From an uncultured Acidobacteriota bacterium (GTDB lineage: Bacteria; Acidobacteriota; Vicinamibacteria; Vicinamibacterales; CAVVIG01): DNA of 64,000 bases. A program made the position numbers and the translations under genes. The notes under the pieces were generated by a model. It ran no database searches, had not been told where the DNA came from, and was given only the letters and a program-made list of their open reading frames with translations. The stretch spans positions 839,934 through 903,933 of the forward strand of contig CAWIYH010000002.1 of assembly GCA_963840225.1 (NCBI GenBank), read 5' to 3'. Shown here piece after piece: positions 1-7,021 of the stretch; the stretch's first letter is position 1; every line of letters begins with the position of its first letter.

Positions 1-246
1 GCCTGGGGACTGGGGCTCTTTCAGTTGCCGTTCATCGTCAACTTCTTCGCCAGCATCAAGTGGGGCCGCAAGGTCGCCGAGAATCCGTGGGATGCGACGA
101 CGCTCGAGTGGTCGGCGCCCTCGCCGCCCGGCCACGGCAACTTCCTGACCGAGCCGATCGTCTACCGCGGCCCGTACCAGGTACAGCGTGCCGGGCGCCA
201 AGAGCGACTTCACGCCGCAGTTCGAGCCGGAGCGCGCCTAGCATGA
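1..246 (+). CDS. ctaD: cytochrome c oxidase subunit I, C-terminal fragment (gene starts upstream of window)
   Basis: Frame 1 is open from nt 1. [42 protein letters not shown] is the conserved C-terminal region of heme-copper oxidase subunit I. The literal frame ends at TGA 244-246 (ATGA overlap with the next gene). The conserved-looking tail [19 protein letters not shown] lies in frame 2 (182-241), which implies a 1-nt insertion near 180/181. Confidence 0.8.
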   Translation, partial: AWGLGLFQLPFIVNFFASIKWGRKVAENPWDATTLEWSAPSPPGHGNFLTEPIVYRGPYQVQRAGRQERLHAAVRAGARLA

Positions 247-827
247 ACATCCCGTACACCGTCGAAGCACGGCCCGACACCGGGCTGACCAACGGCAAGC
301 TGGGCATCTGGCTGTTCCTCGCCTCCGAGGTCATGCTGTTCGGCGCCCTGTTCTCGTCCTACATCCTGCTGCGCGTGGGGGCGCCCGAGTGGCCGCACGG
401 CGAGCTGAGCGTCAAGCTGGGGACGATCAACACGATCATCCTGATCAGCTCGTCGGTGACGATGGTGATGGCCTGGGCGTCGCTGAAGATGCGCGACTGG
501 GCCAGGCACCGGCTGTACCTGAGCGCGACCTTCGTCCTCGCGGCGGTCTTCCTCGTCAACAAGTACTTCGAGTACAAGGAGCACTTCGAGGCGGGCCAGG
601 GGCCCTGGCACGACACCTTTTTCGCGATCTACTTCACGCTCACCGGGCTGCACGGCCTCCACATCCTCGGCGGGATGATCGTGATGGCGTACTTCCTCGG
701 GCCGGGCGCCAAGCTGTGGAAGACCAACCCGGATCAGTTCACGAACCGGATCGAGACGACCGGCCTGTACTGGCACTTCGTCGACCTCGTCTGGATCTTC
801 CTGTTCCCGGTGCTGTACCTGCTCTAG
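243..827 (+). CDS. ctaE: cytochrome c oxidase subunit III
   Basis: ATG at 243; 194 aa, multi-[36 protein letters not shown] and [22 protein letters not shown] are hallmark subunit III segments. Confidence 0.9.
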   Translation: MNIPYTVEARPDTGLTNGKLGIWLFLASEVMLFGALFSSYILLRVGAPEWPHGELSVKLGTINTIILISSSVTMVMAWASLKMRDWARHRLYLSATFVLAAVFLVNKYFEYKEHFEAGQGPWHDTFFAIYFTLTGLHGLHILGGMIVMAYFLGPGAKLWKTNPDQFTNRIETTGLYWHFVDLVWIFLFPVLYLL

Positions 828-893
828 CGCGCGGCGCCCTCGCGGGCGACGTATCGTCGGGCGGGCCGGTCATTGCCCGCCATGGAGACGTGA

Positions 894-1211
894 ATGCATT
901 CCGATCCGGCGGAAGTCAAGAAGAGCGTTCGCAGCTACCTGGTCGTGTTCGGCGCGCTCCTGATCTGCACCATCCTGACCGTGGGCGCGAACCAGCTGCA
1001 TTTCGCCGTTCCGATCGCGATTACGGTCGCGCTGGTCATCGCCAGCGTGAAGGGATCGATGGTGGCGAGCGTGTTCATGCACCTCAGCCACGAGAAGCAG
1101 TGGATCTACGGGGCGCTGCTCCTCACGGTCGTCTTCTTCATCGCCCTCATCTTCATTCCTGTGCTGACGATGGCCGATCACATCGGCACGGCGATTTCGC
1201 AGGCGCGGTGA
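894..1211 (+). CDS. cytochrome c oxidase subunit IV (small prokaryotic type)
   Basis: 105 aa with 3 predicted TM helices. VKGSMVASVFMHLSHEKQWIYG resembles the small bacterial subunit IV family. It sits directly after subunit III. Confidence 0.7.
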   Translation: MHSDPAEVKKSVRSYLVVFGALLICTILTVGANQLHFAVPIAITVALVIASVKGSMVASVFMHLSHEKQWIYGALLLTVVFFIALIFIPVLTMADHIGTAISQAR

Positions 1212-1216
1212 TCGGG

Positions 1217-1417
1217 ATGTCGCTGCGCCTGTTCCACCTGGTGTTCATCGCGCTCTCGGTCGTGCTGACGGCGTTTTTCGCGGCATGGGCCGCGGGCCAG
1301 TATCGCGCCGCCCACGACGCCGCCTACGCCGTGGCCGCCGGCCTTTCGCTCGTGACGGGCGCCGCGCTGGGCGTCTACGGCGCGGCGTTCCAGCGGAAGA
1401 CGAAGGGCTATCGGTAG
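1217..1417 (+). CDS. small two-helix membrane protein, unknown function
   Basis: 66 aa; the ATG is 6 nt after the subunit IV stop. Two hydrophobic helices (LFHLVFIALSVVLTAFFAAWAA; AVAAGLSLVTGAALGVYGAAF). No family recognised; coding status is inferred from position and hydropathy only. Confidence 0.4.
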   Translation: MSLRLFHLVFIALSVVLTAFFAAWAAGQYRAAHDAAYAVAAGLSLVTGAALGVYGAAFQRKTKGYR

Positions 1418-1476
1418 GAAGCGCCAGAAGGCGCTCAGACAAAAGGGGTCGGGGTTCAGGGCTAAGGGGGACGGAC

Positions 1477-1737
1477 GTGCGCAAGACCTTGTGGACCGTT
1501 CTGTTCGTCGCGGCGCCGCGTGCGGCGCTGGCCTGTCCGGTGTGCTTCGGTCAGAGCGACTCGCCCATGGCGTACGCGATGAACATGAGCATCCTCGTCA
1601 TGCTCGGCATCACGGGTGTGGTGCTTGCCGGCTTCGGCGGCTTCGTCGTGCACCTCATGCGCAAGGCCAGCGCGGCCGAGGCCGCCGAGGTCGGCGCGGC
1701 TCAGGCGATCGCGTCGGAGGGAACGGCGCGATGCTGA
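1477..1737 (+). CDS. small membrane protein with CPVC motif, unknown function
   Basis: GTG at 1477 with AAGGGGG (1464-1470) 6 nt upstream; 86 aa. Hydrophobic N-terminus, CPVCFGQ motif, then a TM helix (MSILVMLGITGVVLAGFGGFVV). Its end overlaps the next start by 7 nt. Confidence 0.45.
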   Translation: MRKTLWTVLFVAAPRAALACPVCFGQSDSPMAYAMNMSILVMLGITGVVLAGFGGFVVHLMRKASAAEAAEVGAAQAIASEGTARC

Positions 1738-2480
1738 AGCTGCTGGGACTGCCGATTGAAGCCTCGGCGCACGCGGCCGAGATCGACCAGATGATCGTGC
1801 TCATGCACTGGCTGATGTTCGTCCTGTTCATCGGCTGGGGCATCTACTTCGTCTTCGCCCTGTTCCGGTTCCGCCGGGGGGCCAATCCGACCGCCAGCTA
1901 CTCGGGCGCGAAGGGGCACCTGTCCAAGTACGTCGAGGTCGGCGTGGCCGTCGTCGAAGTGCTCCTGCTCGTCGGCTACGCCATTCCCGCCTGGGCCCGC
2001 CGCGTCAGGGACTTTCCGCCGGAGAAGGACGCCGTCGTCGTCCGCGTGGTCGGCGAACAGTTCGCGTGGAACGTCCACTACCCGGGTCCCGACGGAAAGT
2101 TCGGCCGCACCGACGTCAAGCTGGTGTCGGCGGAGAATCCGCTCGGACTCGATCGCAGCGATCCGAATGGGAAGGACGACATCACCACGATCAACCAGCT
2201 CAACCTGCCGGTCGACGAGCCCATCCTGATTCACCTGTCCACGAAGGACGTCATCCACAGCTTCGCCATCTACGAGATGCGCGTGAAGCAGGACGCCATT
2301 CCCGGCATGGAGATTCCGGTGTGGTTCACGCCCACGCGGGCGGGCGACTACGAGATCACCTGCTCGCAGCTCTGCGGCCTCGGCCACTATCGGATGCGCG
2401 GCTTCGTCACCGTGCAGAGTCAGGACGAGTTCCAGAAATGGCTCGCCGATCAGGAGAAGGAGCTGACGGCGACGAATTGA
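1731..2480 (+). CDS. ctaC: cytochrome c oxidase subunit II (cupredoxin, CuA-type)
   Basis: ATG at 1731; 249 aa. Two N-terminal TM helices, then a cupredoxin domain with the CuA ligand pattern H(VIHSF)...C-S-Q-L-C-G-L-G-H-Y-R-M. Confidence 0.85.
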   Translation: MLKLLGLPIEASAHAAEIDQMIVLMHWLMFVLFIGWGIYFVFALFRFRRGANPTASYSGAKGHLSKYVEVGVAVVEVLLLVGYAIPAWARRVRDFPPEKDAVVVRVVGEQFAWNVHYPGPDGKFGRTDVKLVSAENPLGLDRSDPNGKDDITTINQLNLPVDEPILIHLSTKDVIHSFAIYEMRVKQDAIPGMEIPVWFTPTRAGDYEITCSQLCGLGHYRMRGFVTVQSQDEFQKWLADQEKELTATN

Positions 2481-2488
2481 TCGGCTCC

Positions 2489-3472
2489 TCAGATGACGAG
2501 CTTCTGCCCGATGCCCCGCTCGGCGGCTCGGCGGTAGGCGAGGTCCGCCGCGGTCACGTCCTCGACCGCGAGCCCGAGCGACTTGAAGATCGTAATCTCC
2601 CGATCGTCGCGGCGGCCGCGCGTCCCGTTCTCCAGGTCCCCAATCTCGGCGACGATGTGATCCGGGCCGAACCGTCCCTCGGCGATGCCGAGCACGACAT
2701 CTCCCGACTCGACGAGCGCGGCGGCGCGCGAGTCGACGAACAGGCGGGATCGCGCCGTGAGCGCCGGATCGATTTCCCGCTGCGTCGGACGGCAGGCGCC
2801 GACCGCCATGACGTGGGCGCCCGGCTTGACCCAGCCGTCTTCGAGGACGGGCACCGGCGAGGATGTCGCCAGAACGATGAGGTCGGCGCCGACGACCGCC
2901 TCGCCGGCGTGATCCACGGCCTTGACGGGACACGGTGCGTGCGGCGCGACCTCCTCCGCGAACTTGCGGCGGCGCTCGCCGCTCGGGCTCCAGACCGTCA
3001 CGTGGCGCAGCTGGTGCACGCGCGTCAGCGCCTCGAGATGGCTTCGCGCCTGGACTCCCGACCCGATGATGCCGAGCGAAGACGCCCCGGGGCGCGCCAG
3101 CAGGCGCGACGAGACCGCAGAGACGGCTCCGGTGCGCGCTTCGGTGATGTAGCGACCGTCGAGCAGTGCGAGCAGGGCGCCGGTTTCCGGATCGAGAAGG
3201 ACGATCGTGGCGAGGTGGGACGGCAGGCCGCGCGCGGCGTTGCCGCCGAAGACGGTCACCAGCTTGGCGCCGAGCGCCTCGGGATTCCGCGCCAGCGCGG
3301 GCATCGACGCGAAGAACGCATGGTCGCCGTTCACCGGGATGACGGTTCGCACCGGCTGCTCGACGCGTCCGGTCGAGAATCGGCGCAGCGCCGACGCCAT
3401 CGTCTCGATCAGGTCATCCATCGTCAGCACGGAGGCGACGTCGGCTTCGGAGAGCAGCAGGAAGTTGATCAT
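2489..3472 (-). CDS. ornithine cyclodeaminase / mu-crystallin family protein (possible Delta1-pyrroline-2-carboxylate reductase)
   Basis: 327 aa. Family-typical layout with Rossmann segment LGIIGSGVQARSH and C-terminal ITIFKSLGLAVEDV. The ATG overlaps the upstream stop (ATGA at 3469-3472). Confidence 0.8.
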   Translation of the reverse strand: MINFLLLSEADVASVLTMDDLIETMASALRRFSTGRVEQPVRTVIPVNGDHAFFASMPALARNPEALGAKLVTVFGGNAARGLPSHLATIVLLDPETGALLALLDGRYITEARTGAVSAVSSRLLARPGASSLGIIGSGVQARSHLEALTRVHQLRHVTVWSPSGERRRKFAEEVAPHAPCPVKAVDHAGEAVVGADLIVLATSSPVPVLEDGWVKPGAHVMAVGACRPTQREIDPALTARSRLFVDSRAAALVESGDVVLGIAEGRFGPDHIVAEIGDLENGTRGRRDDREITIFKSLGLAVEDVTAADLAYRRAAERGIGQKLVI

Positions 3473-4455
3473 GGTGTCAGGGAAGCCGCGCTGGACGCGA
3501 GGTCCAGGGCCGGCCGGCGCGGGCGGGCGGCCGACGACCGTGCGCCGATCGCCTCGCGAATCGTGTTGACGTGGATCGTGACGATGGCATCGATGTCGGG
3601 CGCGTACCCGCCGCTCATCGTCACCGTCACGGGGACGGCCCGCTCGCGGCAGGCGGCGAACACGAGACGGTCGCGGGCCCGGAGGCCGTCGATCGTCAGC
3701 TTGAGACGTCCCAGCCGGTCGCCCTCGAACGGGTCGGCGCCCGCGAGGTAGAAGACGATGTCGGGCCGGTGGGCGTCGAGGGCGGACGTCAGGTGGCGGT
3801 CGAGCGCGGCGAGATACGCGTCGTCGAGGGTGCCATCCTCGAACGCGACGTCGTCGTCGCTCCGCTCCTTCCGGAACGGATAGTTGTTCGCGCCGTGGAG
3901 CGACAGGGTGAAGACCGCCGGCTCATCGCGGAAGATGGACGCGGTGCCGTTCCCCTGGTGGACGTCGCAGTCGATCACGAGCGCGCGCGCGATCGCGCCA
4001 TCGCGGCAGAGCGCGCTGGCCGCTACCGCGACGTCGTTGAACACACAGTAGCCCTCGCCCCGATCGCGGAACGCGTGATGGGTGCCGCCGGCGAGGTTCG
4101 CGGCGACGTCGAAGGCCCGGCCGCCGGGCAGTCCGGCCGCGAGCACCTCGCGTGCCGCCGCCAGGGTGGCGCCGACCGACCGCCGCGATCGCTCCACCAT
4201 CTGCGGCGACCAGGGAAACCCGATGCGCCGCTGCATCTCCGGCGAGAGCGCGCCGGTGGCGACTGCCTCCACGTACGACGGATCGTGGACGAGCCGCAGG
4301 TCGTCCCACGCCGCGGCGGCCGGGACGCGCAGGTCGCCGGCCGCGAGCACCCGTTCCTCGACGAGCCGCTCGCGCAGACGGCGGTACTTCCGCATCGGAA
4401 ACCGATGCGTCTCCGGCAACGGCAGCACGAAGACGTCGGAATAGAAGGCCCTCAT
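3469..4455 (-). CDS. histone deacetylase-family (arginase-fold) amidohydrolase
   Basis: 328 aa. Motifs GGTHHA, DCDVHQGNGT, GADPFEGD and SGGY are typical of HDAC/acetoin-utilisation-type deacetylases. Confidence 0.85.
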   Translation of the reverse strand: MRAFYSDVFVLPLPETHRFPMRKYRRLRERLVEERVLAAGDLRVPAAAAWDDLRLVHDPSYVEAVATGALSPEMQRRIGFPWSPQMVERSRRSVGATLAAAREVLAAGLPGGRAFDVAANLAGGTHHAFRDRGEGYCVFNDVAVAASALCRDGAIARALVIDCDVHQGNGTASIFRDEPAVFTLSLHGANNYPFRKERSDDDVAFEDGTLDDAYLAALDRHLTSALDAHRPDIVFYLAGADPFEGDRLGRLKLTIDGLRARDRLVFAACRERAVPVTVTMSGGYAPDIDAIVTIHVNTIREAIGARSSAARPRRPALDLASSAASLTP

Positions 4456-4502
4456 CGATCGGTGGCGGCCGGGGCGGCCGCGCGGTGCTACAGTTCTACC
4501 GC

Positions 4503-5513
4503 ATGATCCGCGTCAAGACAATCGACGCCCACGCGGCCGGGGAGCCGCTGCGGCTCGTCGTCGGCGGTTTTCCTTCTCCCCAGGGCCCGACGCTGCTCGC
4601 GCGGCGCAACTGGGTGAAACAGCATGCCGATCCCCTCCGGCGCGCGCTGATGCTCGAGCCTCGGGGCCATGCCGACATGTACGGCGCGGTCCTCACCGAA
4701 CCGGTCTCGCCCGGCGCCCACGCGGGCGTGCTCTTCATGCACAACGACGGCTACAGCACGATGTGCGGCCACGGCGTCATCGCCGTGACGACCATTGCGC
4801 TCGAACGCGGGCTGCTCATGCCGGGCGGCGACGGCACGGCCGTGGTGTACGACACGCCTGCCGGGATCGTCCGCGCGCGGGCGAAGGTTCAGCGGGCGGA
4901 TGGGCCGGACCGCATTCGGGTCGAGAGCGTCGCCTTCCTCAACGTCCCGTCGTTCGTACTGTATCCGGGCCTCTCGGTCCACGCGGCGGGCCGGGTCGTC
5001 CGCGCCGACGTGGCGTTCGGGGGGGCCTTCTACGCCATCGTCGACAGCGAATCGGCCGGCCTGAGGGTCCACCCGTCCCGGCTGCCGGAGCTTCGGCGGA
5101 TGGGAATGGAGATCAAGCGGGCGATCGAGGCGACGCACCAGGTCCTCCACCCGCTCGAGCAGGAGCTCGCCGGCATCTACGGCACCATCTTCACCGGTCC
5201 ACCCGACGACGAGGGCAGCGACCTGCGCAATGTGACGGTCTTTGCCGACGCCGAGGTCGACCGATCGCCCTGCGGCACCGGCACCGCGGCCGTGATGGCG
5301 GTCGTGGACGCGATGGGACTGCTGTCGGACGACAAGCCGTTCATCCATGAGAGCCTGATCGGCACGCGGTTCCGCGGCCGCGTGGCGGGCCGGACGATGG
5401 TCGGCCCGCACGAGGCGATCGTGCCCGAGATCGAGGGCTCGGCCTGGATCACGGGGGAACACACGTTCATCATCGACGAGTCGGACCCGCTCGCGAACGG
5501 GTTCCGGTTGTAG
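4503..5513 (+). CDS. proline racemase family protein (Cys/Cys type: proline racemase or 4-hydroxyproline 2-epimerase)
   Basis: ATG at 4503; the upstream part of the 453-aa ORF is Arg/Pro junk overlapping the HDAC gene. 336 aa. Catalytic-pair motifs STMCGHG and DRSPCGTG. Confidence 0.85.
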   Translation: MIRVKTIDAHAAGEPLRLVVGGFPSPQGPTLLARRNWVKQHADPLRRALMLEPRGHADMYGAVLTEPVSPGAHAGVLFMHNDGYSTMCGHGVIAVTTIALERGLLMPGGDGTAVVYDTPAGIVRARAKVQRADGPDRIRVESVAFLNVPSFVLYPGLSVHAAGRVVRADVAFGGAFYAIVDSESAGLRVHPSRLPELRRMGMEIKRAIEATHQVLHPLEQELAGIYGTIFTGPPDDEGSDLRNVTVFADAEVDRSPCGTGTAAVMAVVDAMGLLSDDKPFIHESLIGTRFRGRVAGRTMVGPHEAIVPEIEGSAWITGEHTFIIDESDPLANGFRL

Positions 5514-5567
5514 GCCGGACGGCGAGCGGCAGCGGACAGGAACGCGCGAGGATATCGTCGAGCCGAC

Positions 5568-5888
5568 TCAGCTCCGCAGATGCTGTCGCGCCAGCCGATC
5601 GAGCAGAAGCGCCAGCGGCTCGCCGTCGATGGCGAACGCCGAGATCTCCGGCGTCCACGACAGCTTGTAGCTTCTGGCGAGCGCGGACACCCAGATCTGG
5701 CGCACCGGGGCGTTCGGGCTGACGACGAAGCGGGTCTCGGACGGCTCTTCGAAGACCAGATTCAGGACGCCGTTGGCGAGCTCGATCTCGAAGCCCTCCT
5801 GATCGGCCAGCGGCAGGAGCGCCCGCTCGGCGGCCTCGAGCGCCTCGTCGCTCCTGATGCGGAATTCCTGTTCGGACAGCGTGGTCAC
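5568..5888 (-). CDS. cyaY: frataxin homologue CyaY (iron-sulfur cluster assembly)
   Basis: 106 aa, GTG start. Acidic N-terminal helix, then NGVLNLVFE...VVSPNAPVRQIWVSA, matching the CyaY/frataxin pattern. Confidence 0.75.
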   Translation of the reverse strand: MTTLSEQEFRIRSDEALEAAERALLPLADQEGFEIELANGVLNLVFEEPSETRFVVSPNAPVRQIWVSALARSYKLSWTPEISAFAIDGEPLALLLDRLARQHLRS

Positions 5889-6063
5889 GTCTCGACTAAA
5901 CCTTTGTTCGATGCCGTCCGTCTAATCCGATGAAAGGCAGGTGGACGGCAATGTATGACTGGACGTTCTCGTCGACGGCGGAGATGGTGGTCGGTCTGCT
6001 TCTCGTCGTCGTCATCGTCGCGGCGATGCTCGTGTAAGGACGAAGACCGCGAGCCATCGCGGG

Positions 6064-6966
6064 TCACTTCCGTTCGGATTCCTTCCCGGCAGTAGCCAGG
6101 TAGCTGCGACGCGCACGCGCGGTCATGCCTGGCTGCTTCACCTTCACCGACACCTTGTGGACCTTTCCGTCGAGTGCGGGAGGTACGAAGCCGATCACGT
6201 ACTGGCTGTGGAGCTGGTACGCGATGTGGGTGAAGGTCGGCGCCAGGTCGTTCGTGCGCTTCAGCTCGAAGTAGCCGCCCCCGGTCTCGTCCGCCAGCTT
6301 CTTCAACCCGCGGTCCGGGCGCGTGTGCACCACCTGGACGCCGTTGAAGAACGAGCTCTCCAGCCCGATGGCGTAGACCATGACGTCCTCGGCCCGCGCG
6401 CGGTCGATGACATTGCCCAGGCTGGCGTGGCTCTCGGTGTCGTCGCCGTCGGTGAACACCAGCACGACCCTCCGTCCCTCGATCCCCTTCAGCTCGTCAA
6501 TACTCGCCGCGAGGGCGTCGTACAACAGCGTGCCGTTGCCGTAGTCGAGGTCCCGGAGGTCGCCGGCGAGCTCGTCGCGATCGGACGTGAACTTCGAGCT
6601 GAACTGGATCTTGTCGTTGAACGCCCCGACGCGCCCCTTGTCGTCGGGCAGCAGCCGGATCACGAACTGCTCGGCCGCCTGCCGCAGCAGATCGATCGAC
6701 TCGGTCATGCTCGCGCTCGTGTCCAGCATGACGATGACGGTGATCGGCTGCACCTCGTTGTGGAACAGCTCGATCGGCTGCGGCTTCTCGTTGTCGAACA
6801 CCTCGAAATCGGCCTTCGTCAGGTTCGGGACGAGACGGTTCTGCGCGTCGGTCACCGTCGCAAAGACCGACACCAGGGCCGTCTGCGTGCGGAAGGTCGG
6901 CTGCTGCGCCGCCACGACGCCGCCGGACACGAGCGCCGCGAACACGAGGGCCGCTGGGGATCTCAT
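6064..6966 (-). CDS. secreted VWA domain protein (acidobacterial VWFA-related type)
   Basis: 300 aa with a signal peptide. MIDAS DxSxS (MLDTSASM), VVLVFTDGDD, and an overall layout like the TIGR03436-type family. Confidence 0.8.
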   Translation of the reverse strand: MRSPAALVFAALVSGGVVAAQQPTFRTQTALVSVFATVTDAQNRLVPNLTKADFEVFDNEKPQPIELFHNEVQPITVIVMLDTSASMTESIDLLRQAAEQFVIRLLPDDKGRVGAFNDKIQFSSKFTSDRDELAGDLRDLDYGNGTLLYDALAASIDELKGIEGRRVVLVFTDGDDTESHASLGNVIDRARAEDVMVYAIGLESSFFNGVQVVHTRPDRGLKKLADETGGGYFELKRTNDLAPTFTHIAYQLHSQYVIGFVPPALDGKVHKVSVKVKQPGMTARARRSYLATAGKESERK

Positions 6967-7021
6967 GATCCCAGCTTAACGCAACGGCTGTGTTCGTGCG
7001 AGCGGACCCGGGAAAAGGCGA

